DNA of 64,000 nt, taken from Octopus vulgaris. Lineage: Eukaryota. Below are positions 39,262-51,508 of the stretch, one piece after another. The position numbers and the translations under genes are program-made. Each line of letters opens with the position of its first letter. Positions within the stretch are counted from its first letter, which is position 1. The notes below the pieces were generated by a model. That model searched no databases, was not told the DNA's origin, and was given only the letters and a program-made list of their open reading frames with translations. The stretch lies in NCBI GenBank assembly GCA_951406725.2, contig OX597839.1, forward strand, positions 25,668,001 through 25,732,000, given 5' to 3'.

Positions 39262-39630
39262 CTCTCTTTACTTGTTTCAGTCATTTGACTGCGGCCATGC
39301 TGGAGCACCGCCCTTTAGTCGAGCAAATCGACCCCGGGACTTATTCTTTGTAAGCCCAGTACTTATTCTATCGGTCACTCTTGCCGAACCGCTAGGTGAC
39401 GGGGACGTAAACACACCAGCACCGGTTGTCAAGCAATGCTAGGGGGACAAACACAGACACACACACATACATATATATATACATATATACGACAGGCTTC
39501 TTTCAGTTTCCGTCTACCAAATCCACTCACAAGGCATTGGTCGGCCCGGGGCTATAGCAGAAGACACTTGCCCAAGATGCCACGCAGTGGGACTGAACCC
39601 GGAACCATGTGGTTGGTTAGCAAGCTACTT
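39262..39630 (-). mobile_element. SINE family A
   Basis: Family match. Confidence 0.9.
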
Positions 39631-40132
39631 TATTTCATATAATTTGCCATTTAGGCATTTACAAAGAGGGGACAAACAAGGACAGACAAATATAAAGGGT
39701 GAAGTAGCTTAACACAGTTACAATTTTCGAATGAAATTACGGATAAGATTATAAACAATGAATTTTACGAAGGCAATGTTTAAAAATATTAATGATCATG
39801 TCGAAGGACGGACACCCAGCCATCCGGGTAGAACCTTTACTTTCTGATCCGGTCACACTTACCTGGTGCCAAACATACCCATCTTGTATGCCACAGGCTT
39901 CCATCTTCACACGGCCACTCCTGCGCCTCACTGATACAGATAATGAAATCTGTTTTTTAATCAAACATCAATGAATTTTCTTTTACTTTTTTTACCTCAA
40001 TATTTCAAACTCTCATTTATTTACACTAGTAATCATCATCATCATTATCGTTAGGAAATAATGAAAGAGATGCCAGCTCAATGTAAACTTTCATATTACG
40101 ACAAATGAAATAAAGAAGACCAAAAAATTCAG

Positions 40133-40490
40133 TGGCTGTGTGGTAAGTAGCTTGCTTACCAACCACATGGTTCCGGGTTCAGTCCCACTGCGTGGCACCT
40201 TGGGAAAGTGTATTCTACTATAGCCCCGGGCCAACCAAAGCCTTGTAAGTGGATTTGGTAGACGGAAACTGAAAGAAGCTTGTCATATATATATGTATAT
40301 ATATGTGTGTGTGTGTCTGTGTTTGACAACCGATGCTGGTGTGTTTACGTCCCCGTAACTTAGCAGTTCGGCAAAAGAGACCGATAGAATAAGTACTGGG
40401 CTTACAAAGAACAAGTCCTGGGGTCGATTTGCTCGACTAAAAAGGTGGTGCTCTAGCATGGCCACAGTCAAATGACTGAAAAGAGTAAAG
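40133..40490 (+). mobile_element. SINE family A
   Basis: Family match. Confidence 0.9.
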
Positions 40491-40524
40491 TGGGCAAGTA
40501 ATATTTCATTCTAATGTGTACCTA

Positions 40525-40760
40525 TTCTCATGTGACACCCATCTCCGCCAAATCTTCCCACGCCGTCCTGCCTTTCTGTGTTCTTTCTCCTGCAACAGTC
40601 CACTCGACGACTACCCTTGCTGGTCACTCTAACAGTAAACGCAGCCAAACGGCTTCCTTCGTCGAGCTGTGATGGCGTCTTAACGGTTTACCTTCTCTTG
40701 AGTTTATCGTTTGTGATGAAATTCGAATGGTCAATTTAACGTGCAGTTGAAAGATTTCAG
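40525..40760 (-). pseudogene. Possible RTE-like LINE C-terminal remnant
   Basis: Reads PARVVVEWTVAGERTQKGRTAWEDLAEMGVT. Confidence 0.4.
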
Positions 40761-41029
40761 TCGAATTTAATACAAATACAACCAGTAATAAATAATGTTC
40801 AGTTGGGAAAAAGACAGAATAAATAGAACAGCACACTAGGTTTTTGTTGATTTTCGCCAGACGATACTAAAGCTGTGTCAGCTTTGACAAAGTCTTAACT
40901 TGCGTCAATCTATATTGGATGATAAGTGACGGCCATCGAGGTAACAGCTTTAAAACAACAGTAATAATAATAATCTTAATTAAAAAGATGCATTTGTGAC
41001 GGAAGCAGAAGATCACATGTATTAAGGTG

Positions 41030-41620
41030 AAGGCTGCGAGCTGGCAGAAACGTTAGCACGCCGGGCGAAATGCGTAGCCGTATTTCGTTTGTTGCTACGT
41101 TCAGAGTTCAAATTCCGCCGAGGTCGACTTTGCCTTTCATCCTTTCGGTGGTCGATTAAATAAGTACCAGTTACGCACTGGGGTCGATGTAATCGACTTA
41201 ATCCGTTCGCCTGTCCTTGTTTGTTCCCTCTGTGTCTATCCCCTTGTGGGTAGTAAAGAAATAGGTATTTCGTCTGCCGTTACGTTCTGAGTTCAAATTC
41301 CGCCGAGGTCGACTTTGCCTTTCATCCTTTCGGGGTCGATTAAATAAGGACCAGTTACGCACTGGGGTTCGATGTAATCGACTTAATCCGTTCGCCTGTC
41401 CTTGTTTGTCCCCTCTGTGTTTAGCCCCTTGTTGGTAGTAAAGAAATAGGTATTTCGTCTGCCGTTACGTTCTGAGTTCAAATTCCGCCAAGGTCGACTT
41501 TGCCTTTCATCCTTTCGGGGTCGATTAAATAAGTACCAGTTACGCACTGGGGTCGATGTAATCGACTTAATACCTATGTCTGTCCTTGTTTGTCCCCTCT
41601 GTGTTTAGTAAGGAAATAGG
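41030..41620 (+). mobile_element. SINE family B head-to-tail trimer
   Basis: One head plus three ~185-bp bodies; TSD GTATTAAGGTGAAGG flanks the whole trimer. Confidence 0.9.
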
Positions 41621-41809
41621 TATTAAGGTGAAGGTAAAATTTCAGTGTTATTGGACACAGTACGTCAGTTGCTATTGTATTTGGGTGATGGTACAGTTTC
41701 GCAGAGATGTTCGTGAGTCAGACGATCGAACGACGATGTATATTAAGTGTCATTCATCCACTTTTTCATCCATCAAGCCATCGTGAGCTCCAAAGCCAGA
41801 GAGAAGGAT

Positions 41810-42355
41810 GAGGATAGAGAGATTGTGTGTGAGAGGGGGAGATAGGGAATGTGAGAGAGGGAGAGACGGAAGAAGAGAGAGTGGGAAGAGAGAGTGGGAA
41901 GGAGAGAGAGGGAGGAAGAAGGAAGTGGGAGGTGATGGAGAAAGGGTGGGAGGTGATGGAGAAAGAGAGAGGGAAGAAGAAGGAAGTGGGAGGTGATGGA
42001 GAAAGGGTGGGAGGGAGAGACGGAAGAAGAGAGAGTGGGAAGGAGAGAGAGGGAAGAAGAGAGAGTGGGAAGAGAGAGTGGGAAGGAGAGAGAGGGAGGA
42101 AGAAGGAAGTGGGAGGTGATGGAGAAAGGGTGGGAGGGAGAGACGGAAGAAGAGAGAGTGGGAAGGAGAGAGAGGGAAGAAGAAGGAAGTGGGAGGTGAT
42201 GGAGAAAGGGTGGGAGGGAGAGACGGAAGAAGAGAGAGGGAAGGAGAGAGAGGAAAGGAGAGAGAGGGAAGAAGAAGGAAGTGGGAGGTGATGGAGAAAG
42301 GGTGGGAGGGAGAGAGGGAGAAAGACAGACAGAAAGAAAGAGAGAGGAAGAGAGA
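41810..42355. repeat. Polypurine minisatellite (GAAGTGGGAGGTGATGGAGAAAGGGTGGGAGG units)
   Basis: Directly visible. Confidence 0.9.
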
Positions 42356-42610
42356 ATATTAAGTGGCCGCACCGATATATTAGAAAGAGAGGAGTAAATA
42401 TTTGTGCTTGTTTTTTGTATTGTGGAGTGTGACGGGGAGTTGAACTCAGGATGCAGCACAGCGCCGAAAGATACCCCCACCCCACCCAAAATATCCCGAC
42501 CAACGACCTAACAATTCCGCCAATCCACCGACAAGAGATGAAAGGCAAAAATTGACCTCCTCGACAGGAATTGAACTCAGGGAGTTTGGAAGGTATTTTT
42601 CTCCAACAAT

Positions 42611-42748
42611 AAGTAGCTTGCTTAGCAACCACATGGTTCCGGGTTCAGTCCCACTGCGAGGCACCTTGGGCAAGTGTCTTTACCATAGCCTCGGGCCGAC
42701 CAGAGCTTTGTGAGTGGATTTGGTAGACGGAAACTGAAAGAAGCCCGT

Positions 42749-42784
<36 letters not shown>

Positions 42785-43134
42785 CCTTGTTTTTACCCCT
42801 CTGCAAAGGAATTTTATTTAATTCTTTCGCAGGAAGGATTAGTTAGGCGAGACGTGTTCTGTCCTCACCTTCGAAACACGCTGGAGTTGAACTAGGGACA
42901 GCTGATGAAGGGGATTTTTCCTTGTGTAGTTGTCTTGTACTCTGTTTTTTCATTGTTAAAAAAATGGTCCGTTCCATGCTGTTTTTACGTTTTCGTTTCT
43001 CGTTGAGTTCTACATCTACTTGTGGTGTCCTGTACACACGTATATATATTTATATATGCATGTATATATACATGTAGATGTAGGTACGTACATATATGTT
43101 TGTATGTATGCATATATTTTATTTATTACATTAT

Positions 43135-43166
<32 letters not shown>

Positions 43167-43375
43167 TATGCATGTATGTATGTGTATATATTTGTGTCTG
43201 TGTTTGTCCTCCCAACATCGCTTCACAAGCGATGCTGGTGTGTCTACGTCCACATGACTTAGCGGTTCGGCAAAAGCGACTGATAGAATAAGTACTTGGC
43301 TTACAAAGAATAAGTCCTGGGGTCGATTTGCTCGACTAAAGGCCAGTCAAATGACTGAAACAAGTAAAAGAGTAA
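42611..43375 (+). mobile_element. SINE family A with an unrelated insert (~42780-43035) in its central TA tract
   Basis: Head at 42611-42750, tail at 43190-43375. Confidence 0.8.
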
Positions 43376-43761
43376 TAACGACTCAGCCATTTTGCCGACG
43401 GTGCGGCCACTTAATATTCTCTTTCTGTCTGTCTTTCTCCCTCTCTCCCTCCCACCCTTTCTCCATCACCTCCCACTTCTTTCTTCTTCCCTCTCTCTCC
43501 TTCCCACTCTCTCTTCCTCCGTCTCTCCCTCTCTCACATTCCCTATCTCCCCATCCTTCTTGATAAGTCGGCGCGTGGAGAAGTCATATCTGACGTACAG
43601 TGATGGACTCTTCGTCCAAGACAGAGTTTGTTCCTTAGTGTGTGTATTTCATTTTAGGGTTAGGGTATTCGGTTCACAATCATAAGGCCCCAATTTCACC
43701 TTGCTCCAGTCCACTCAGCTGACAACAATGAGTTGTACTTTTAATTCAAAGGATCGGCCTT

Positions 43762-44231
43762 GGGCAAGACTTCCGCCCGTCTCCACCCCATAAAAACCAC
43801 CCTTTTTTTTTTCGACACCCCCCCCCCTTTCGGTTACGGGGAATACGAATCTGCAACAACAAAAATTGGCAAAAATCGGTGTTTTAAATTACCACCCCCA
43901 CCCCGATTTCCTTCATTTTTTACTTTTTTTTCAGACATTTTTTTTCTCTAAATATGCGGAAAAATACGGACATTATGATTCAGACAAAAATTTCAAAACA
44001 TTTCAGTAGTTTCGGTTAGGGTCAGGGTTTTAAGGTTGGGGTTAGAGTTTTAGGGTTAGTGTTGGGAAAAAAGTAAAAATTGAAGAATTTGGTGGGGGGA
44101 AGGGGGGAATTTCACAATGCTGATTTTTGGTAATTTTCCGGAACCTCCGTATCCAAAACTCTTTTTGGCATAAAAAAAAATTAACAAATTTGAAGAAAAT
44201 GTGGTGGTCGGGGTGAGCAGAAGTCTTTCCC
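43762..44231. mobile_element. MITE with imperfect TIR and TTAGGG-like repeats, inserted in a SINE C-like copy
   Basis: GGGCAAGACTTCCGCCC ... GAGCAGAAGTCTTTCCC; degenerate GGTTAGG repeats at 44014-44060; SINE sequence continues at 44232-44380. Confidence 0.6.
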
Positions 44232-44592
44232 CAGCTTTGTCACACTGAATCTCCCTGAGAACTACGTTAAGAGTACGTATGCCTGCGGAGTGCTCAGCCA
44301 CTTGCACGCTAATTTCAGGAGCAGGCTGGTCCGGTGATCTGGTCAACCGGAACACTTGTCGTCGCAACCGACGGAGCACCACTTTAATTTCAGACTTGCG
44401 GTATTAACGACATAATTTCCTATTTTAAAATATTATAACCAGAATTGTATGCGTGCGTTTATGTAGCTGTGAGTGTGTGTATGAGTGGCTGTGTACGTGT
44501 GCACATGTAGCTGCATTCATGTACGTGTATGCGTATATATATATACATACATGTACATACCTACATATATATGTATATATACATATATATGT

Positions 44593-44810
44593 AGCTGGCA
44601 GAAACGTTAGCACGAATTGCTTAGCGGTATTTCGTCTGCCGTTACGTTCTGAGTTCAAATTCCGCCGACGTCGACTTTCCCTTTCATCCTTTCAGGGTCG
44701 ATAAATAAAGTACCAGTTACATGCTGGGGTCGATGTAATCGACTTAAAACCTTTGTCTGTCCTTGTTTGTCCCCTCTATGTTTAGCCCCTTGTGGGCAAT
44801 AAAGAAATAT
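44593..44810 (+). mobile_element. SINE family B
   Basis: Family match. Confidence 0.85.
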
Positions 44811-44996
44811 ATGTACATATATGTATGAATATATGAAGATATACATATATATTATATGATCGAACGCCACGCATTCATTTCCAAGGAAGTTTTATCTATA
44901 TATATATATATATACACACGCGCACACACACACATACATACATACAAATAGCTACATTCATGTGCGTGTGTGTTTATATATATATATACATATATA

Positions 44997-45470
44997 CGAG
45001 CAAAACGTCCCCGTCCAATGGACGGTGCTGAGTTGTCAAACATTTAAACCAAACTTTCTCAAAACAACTTGTCCGATAGTCACATAGGCCTCCCCTTTGA
45101 GAAACACTGATTTAACCTAAATTTGAGACACCAGCAAAAGAAGAAATAAAGATAGATTTTTTTTCTATTCCAAAAAAAAAACCCATTTTATTCACACAAA
45201 TATGCAACCAAAGAGTTTAAAGTACCAGTAATGATAAGGCTGTTGACTGGGAGAATACAAGCATGGTTTAAATAGTAAGCTTGGCACGTTCCCACGGCCT
45301 TATCGATCGCATTCTCACCTGGAATCGATTTTTGTTAATTTTTTCAAGACTTATACACGCCCTGATACCGTCGGTATCTACATATCAAATTTGAGCGCAA
45401 TCGGATGGAGGATGCCCGAGATCCTAGAAGACACACACACAGACAGACAGAACGGATTTTATATAATAGA
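44997..45470 (-). mobile_element. Non-autonomous Helitron (family H3)
   Basis: Minus A|TCTATTATATAAAATCCGTTCTGTCTG ... hairpin CCGTCCATTGGACGG, ending in a CTCG|T variant. Confidence 0.7.
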
Positions 45471-45778
45471 TATGTACATCTGTTTGTGTGAATGTATATC
45501 TGTAATGTGTATATGTGTGGTTATAACGAAACTAAAACTAGCATGAATTAAGAAGCTGATGTCTGCCTCATTAACCAGAAGACACGTGAAAAGAAATCCA
45601 ATCTAATGAGTTACGCGTATCTAAGCGACATTGATCATCAGGTGATACCGTCAAAGGAGGTGTTTGTTTGTGTGTGGTGCTGATAGAGTTCGTCTAATGA
45701 AGAGCTTAGTGCTATAGAAATGATTGTTGCAACTCTGGAACACGTTTCTTCGTCGGTTGTGATTTTTGCTACGTAAAC

Positions 45779-45979
45779 CAGTGCTTTTCAACATTTTTGC
45801 TGGAGCGGAACCCCAAGGAAACATTCCACTGGCTCGAGGAACCCCTGTGCAATAATTTAATAGCCTTATGCACACATATCTGCACAGGAGAATTTAAAAT
45901 TACTGCCGATTTTATCAGTTTTGTAACTTCTTGCGGAACTCCTGGACTGTACTGGTGGAACCCTGGTTGAAAACCACTG
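45779..45979 (+). mobile_element. hAT-type MITE
   Basis: TIR CAGTGCTTTTCAA / TTGAAAACCACTG; 8-bp TSD ACGTAAAC / ACGTAAGC. Confidence 0.85.
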
Positions 45980-46027
45980 ACGTAAGCAAACGCAACAGCC
46001 GACAAATCTGCATACAGTCTTGCTTAT

Positions 46028-46074
<47 letters not shown>

Positions 46075-46146
46075 TATATGGCTTATTCATCATGTTGGTT
46101 GTTGGATATGTCATCATCAAAGCTTCACCTTGCCTGCTTGTCTCTG

Positions 46147-46244
46147 TTTAAAATTTTGCCTGAAGATGGTGGATTATATGCTTATGATGTAATCTAAGAA
46201 TGTATCAGTAAAATTCTACCGAAACAGCTGTAGTAAATTTAAAA
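46147..46244 (+). ncRNA. Putative type I hammerhead ribozyme
   Basis: Stem I TTTGC/GTAAA, core CTGAAGA at 46160, stem II GGTGGA/TCTACC, GAAA at 46221, palindromic stem III ACAGCTGT, GUA cleavage triplet ending at 46232. Confidence 0.6.
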
Positions 46245-46578
46245 CCCCATTTGTATTCTTTTTATACACACACACATAAATGCAAGTGTATGAAACAAAC
46301 GATGTGTGTGTGTGTGTGTGGTTGAGACATATAGTGTTAGCTTTTATGTATACTTTCATATTTTAGCCCTTCATCTTGTAACATAACACAGTCCTCATCT
46401 CCACTTTAACCCTACTCGGTCAGAGGGGATCTTAGTCTTGCGAGTTACAAGGCGACATCACTAGTGCCGGTGCCACGAAAAAGAAAAGCACCCAGTACAC
46501 TCAGTGAAGCGGTTGATGTTAATAATATCATACCGCCGTAGACCCCATGCTAAAGCAGGTATTGGAGCCTGAGCAGGT

Positions 46579-46812
46579 AAGGCGGCGAGCTGGCAGAAAC
46601 ATTAGCACGCCGGGCAAAATGCGTAGCCGTATTTCGTCTGCCGTTATGTTCTGAGTTCAAATTCCGCCGAGGTCGACTTTGCCTTTCATCCTTTCGGGGT
46701 CGATAAAGTACCAGTTACGCACTGGGGTCGAAATATAATCAACTCAATCCGTTTGTCTGTCCTTGTTTGTCCTCTCTGTGTTCAGCCCCTTGTGGGTAGT
46801 AAAGAAATAGGT
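46579..46812 (+). mobile_element. SINE family B
   Basis: Full-length; flanking duplication AGGTATTGGAGCCTGA. Confidence 0.9.
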
Positions 46813-47032
46813 ATTGGAGCCTGAAGTAGTCTTCTGTTCCGTCGGTCTCTACAAAACAACCCAAACAGTACAGAGGACGAACGATAAAAGGATTATGATA
46901 ATGATAATGCTGTATATTATTTTCCCTTGTTGCCGCAGGGGGAACGTTCTCTGAAACATGTGATTGATGAAGAAAGAAAGACATGAGCAGAGAGTACACA
47001 CATATATTAATGAATGACAAAAGAACAGGAAT

Positions 47033-47418
47033 TAGGATTGGCTGTGTGGTAAGTAGCTTGCTAACCAACCACATGGTTCCGGGTTCAGTCCCACTGTGTG
47101 GCACCTTGGGCAAGTGTCTTCTGCTATAGCCCCGGGCCGACCAATGCCTTGTGAGTGGATTTGGTAGATGGAAACTGAAAGAAGCCTGTCGTATATATGT
47201 ATGTGTGTGTGTGTTTGTGTGTCTGTGTTTGTCCCCCTAGCATTGCCTGACAACCGATGCTGGTGTGTTTACGTCCCTGTCACTTAGCGGTTCAGCAAAA
47301 GAGGCCGATAGAATAAGTACTGGGCTTACAAAGAATAAGTTCCAGGGTCGATTTGCTCGACTAAAGGCGGTGCTCCAGCATGGCCGCAGTCAAATGACTG
47401 AAACAAGTAAAAGAGTAA
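47033..47418 (+). mobile_element. SINE family A
   Basis: Full-length. Confidence 0.9.
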
Positions 47419-47666
47419 TCAACTTCGTTAGCTTCCAGATGTTTCTGCTAAAGCACTATACTTAGAGTTGAGTGTTTATACAACATCCTTTAGCAGAAAC
47501 AGTTGTTAGCCAATGAAAGCTGTCACGTAACTTCCGTTTTGTTTTTTTTGTCATTCATTTATTGATAAATGTTCTATATTCGCCTGACGCTATACTTTAA
47601 AGCGTAAGTATATTGACTTATAACAACTGGTTATTAGTATCGTTATATCTAAGCGATCTATCTGTC

Positions 47667-47705
<39 letters not shown>

Positions 47706-47707
<2 letters not shown>

Positions 47708-47939
47708 TCTCTTTACTCTTTTACTTGTTTCAGTCATTTGACTGCGGCCAAGCTGGAGCACCGCTTTTAATTGAGCAACTTGACCCTGGGACTTATTCTT
47801 TTGTAAGCCCAGTACTTATTCTATTGGTCTCTTTCGGTCTCTTTTGCCGAACTGCTATGTAACGGGGACATAAACACACCAGCATTGGTTGTCAAGCAAT
47901 GCTAGGGAGACAAACACAGACACACAAACACACACACGC

Positions 47940-47970
<31 letters not shown>

Positions 47971-48135
47971 TACGACGGGTTTCTTTTCAGTTTCCATCTA
48001 CCAAATCAACTCAGAAGGCTTTGGTCGGCCTGAGGCTATAGTAGAAGACACTTGGCAAGGTGCCACGCAGTGGGACTGAACCCGGAACCATGTGGTTGGT
48101 TAACAAGCTACTTACCACACAGCCACTCCTGCGCC

Positions 48136-48136
<1 letters not shown>
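47706..48136 (-). mobile_element. SINE family A
   Basis: Full-length reverse complement. Confidence 0.9.
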
Positions 48137-48204
<68 letters not shown>

Positions 48205-48250
48205 CAAAAGCATAATACAGTTAGATTGATCAACAAGCCGTCGCTCGCCT

Positions 48251-48350
48251 GCATACCTGATGAGTTGAGAGTTACGTAACGCGTTACACAATCTAATTGT
48301 AATATTCTTACGTCAAAATATAAACTCCCAATGAAACAGCTGTAGCAATA
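48251..48350 (+). ncRNA. Hammerhead-like motif (stem I degenerate)
   Basis: CTGATGA at 48257, stem II GTTGAGAGTT/AACTCCCAAT, GAAACAGCTGTA at 48333-48344. Confidence 0.45.
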
Positions 48351-48581
48351 CTAGATAACCGATTTGTCTGTTTTTATTATGCTTTTGCGCCACGCTTCAA
48401 GTTCCAGTCAGCATTGGATACTTTCGTATTCTAATGGAATGGCAGATTACCTAACAACAATGATCTTCGTTCATCGATGCCTCCCGTCCCATGATAATGG
48501 ATTGCTTAACTGCCTGCTTTACATGAAACTGTTTCACCAGTTAGAAGGCATGGTTCATTTTAATATGCCTTGATCCTTAAT

Positions 48582-48624
<43 letters not shown>

Positions 48625-48625
<1 letters not shown>

Positions 48626-48787
48626 GCGCAGGAGTGGCTGTGTGGTAAGTAGCTTGCTTACCAGTCACATGGTTCCAGGTTCAGTCCCACTGCGTGGCAC
48701 CTTGAGCAAGTGTCTTCTACTATAGCCCCGGGCCGACCAAAACCTTGTGAGTGGATTTGGTAGACGGAAACTGAAAGAAGCCCGTCG

Positions 48788-48818
<31 letters not shown>

Positions 48819-49010
48819 CTCTGTGTGTGTGTGTGTCTGTGTTTGTCCCCCCCCCCCACATCCCTTGACATCCGATGCTGGTGAATTTACGTCCCCGTAA
48901 CTTAGTGGTTCGGCAAAAAGCGACCGATAGAATAAGTACTAGACTTACAAAGCTATCGACTAAAAAGTGCTGCTCCAGCATGGCCACAGTCAAATGACTG
49001 AAACAAGTAA
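48625..49010 (+). mobile_element. SINE family A
   Basis: Family match. Confidence 0.9.
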
Positions 49011-49102
49011 AAAAAAAAAAAGGAAAAAGAAATTATAGTAAAGGAGCCCTTGCTCCCTTAATATAATTACATATATATATATATTATTATTAATTTTATA
49101 TT

Positions 49103-49135
<33 letters not shown>

Positions 49136-49359
49136 TTGAAAGTCCTTATGAAAATTACTTAATACAGTTTTTAAGTATAAAATGAATTTTTTTAAAATTA
49201 TTTTTAAAAAAAGTTACAAAAATGTTTTATGAGAATGTCATTAACCTTTTTGGAACAAGTTTTTTTCCTAGACTGTGTGAGCGCTTTCGTAAAATCTTTT
49301 CAAACACACCTGCTCTTGGATAATGGATAAGTATGTATATACGTATATACACACACGCA

Positions 49360-50169
49360 CAGAGGGTGTCCATAAATTACCTTTTACAATTTGGAATATT
49401 CAGAAATATAAAAAGATGACAACAGAATTTATTGGAAAACTTGGGTAAACAAATTCTGTTGTGTCTGGGGAGGGTCATTTTCTTTTTGTGTCTTTACACC
49501 GGTAAAATTTCCACTTATTTCTTATTTTTATTTTCCTAAAATTTTCGTTGCGTCTTGCAACCTTTTCAATAGTTTTGACGATGGAGAAAACCGCTTGTTG
49601 ACAAGATAGACTTAGCCGAATTCCTCATACCCTGTGAGGTTTTATTTTCACGGAAAGGACCGTCATGTAACCACTAGACCAGTGCTTTTCAAACTTTTTG
49701 CTGGAGCGGAACCCCAAGGAAACATTCCACTGGCTCGAGGAACCCCTGTGCAATAATTTAATTGTCCTATGCACACATATCTGCACAGGAAAATTTAAAA
49801 TTACTGTCGATTTTAGCATTTTTGTAACTTCTGTATCTGATGTAGGCGATAACGTTAATAGTCAAGACTATTGAAAAGGTTGCAAGACACAACGAAAATT
49901 TTAGGAAAATAAGAAATAAGTGGAAATTTTACCGGTGAGTGTGTTAAATTTCAAAGGCACTAAAAGAGAATGACTCTCTCCAGACACAACAGAATATGCT
50001 TCAACACACGAACTCATATAAAGAATCTTGCAAACCAAATCCAAAAACGAAATATGGGTAAACAAAGTTTTATTAGAAACATCAGAACAATTATCCTTTT
50101 GGGTCCAGTTACCCTTTTTTTTTTTCTGAATTTTTTTTCAAATTGTAAATATAATTCATGGACACCCTG
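49360..50169. mobile_element. Tc1/mariner-like MITE hosting a nested insertion
   Basis: Imperfect TIRs AGGGTGTCCATAAATTA..TTTACAATTTGG and TCAAATTGTAAA..TAATTCATGGACACCCTG. Confidence 0.6.
49454..50054. mobile_element. Inverted-arm element with captured filler DNA
   Basis: Arms 49453-49579 and 49861-49995 are reverse complements. Direct repeat TGGGTAAACAAA at 49442 and 50055. Filler copies 52609-52819. Confidence 0.7.
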
Positions 50170-50177
50170 GAAAGTAA

Positions 50178-50233
<56 letters not shown>

Positions 50234-50288
50234 AAGAAAGAAAGAGAGAGAGAGAAAGAGAAAAAGAGAGAGAGAAAGAAAGAGAGAG

Positions 50289-50319
<31 letters not shown>

Positions 50320-50346
50320 AAGAGAGAGTGAAAGAGTGAGAGAGAA

Positions 50347-50379
<33 letters not shown>

Positions 50380-50385
50380 AAGAGT

Positions 50386-50416
<31 letters not shown>

Positions 50417-50706
50417 TGTGTGTGTGTGTCAGTGTGTGATGGAAAATTTGCTCAATGAAATCGTAATTAAAAAGTTTTTGACCTTCGGTATAAAACAATA
50501 GTCGTGTAACGAAATTGAGCTGAAGGAAAAGAAATAACCACGTAACCAGAATAAAAGCTGACAAAAGGACAAACAGTATCTCTGTCTCCAAAATGGTGCT
50601 TAGTCACCTGTCACCTGTTGTTGGTGCTGTTGGCATAAATATCTACAGACCATTGGAAGGAATTCCAACCACGTTTTGTGGTTCGCTACCTCAACAGCTC
50701 CTTTAT

Positions 50707-50972
50707 AGGATCCAGTGGCTTAAAGACATCATCAGGAGGAACCACATCCGGTTTCGGCCCCTACGTTTTCGAGGTGGCGCCCCCACCACCACCTAGGATC
50801 CAGTGGCTTAAAGACATCATCAGGAGGAACCACGTCCGGTTTCGGCCCCTACGTTTTCGAGGTGGCGCCCCCCCCCCACCACCTAGGATCCAGTGGCTTA
50901 AAGACATCATCAGGAGGAACCACGTCCGGTTTCGGCCCCTACGTTTTCGAGGTGGCGCCCCCACCACCACCA
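50707..50972. repeat. 3 x ~87-90-bp GC-rich tandem repeat
   Basis: Units start TAGGATCCAGTGGC at ~50707, ~50794 and ~50885. Confidence 0.95.
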
Positions 50973-51508
50973 CTTTCGGGGGTGTCTTCAGCTCAGGTGT
51001 TGAGTGCGTTTTTTTTTTTTTGTTTCTTTTTTCTTCGGCTTTTTGTTCTTTGGTTTCTGCGATGCAACGACAGCGAATGTCAACGATCGAATGACCATCC
51101 TACCAAATTTCCCTTTAAATACTCGCCAGTAGGCTCCAGCACCCGGCATCAGCTAACTGTCACGTGACACCATCTAGGCTGTCTTACGTATTTCATGATA
51201 TAGAGAGTGCAGCTGCCCGCGAGAAATTTACGACTAAACCCACAGATATTACTGTTTTTGTTGGTTACATGAAGGTGCGTGGCGAAGCGGTTTAAGTATT
51301 CAACTCACGATCGTAAAGTTACGAGTTCGATTCCCGGTGAAGAAGAGAGATCTTTACCAAATGCTTTCAACTTAATGTAAGCCCCTTCCAAACCCACTGA
51401 ATGAACCTGAGGATCAAGTGGTTGTGAAGTTAAACATTTAACATCTAATTTCATTTAAAATTCATTAACTCATCCACTGGCGGTAGTGTACTTTGTGGTG
51501 GTTGTGGG

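Noticed and set aside
42870-42915. GAAA...CTGATGA in permuted order (also 57141-57176)
   Set aside because: Stems I and III cannot be formed convincingly. They may be PLE relics but are not callable as ribozymes.
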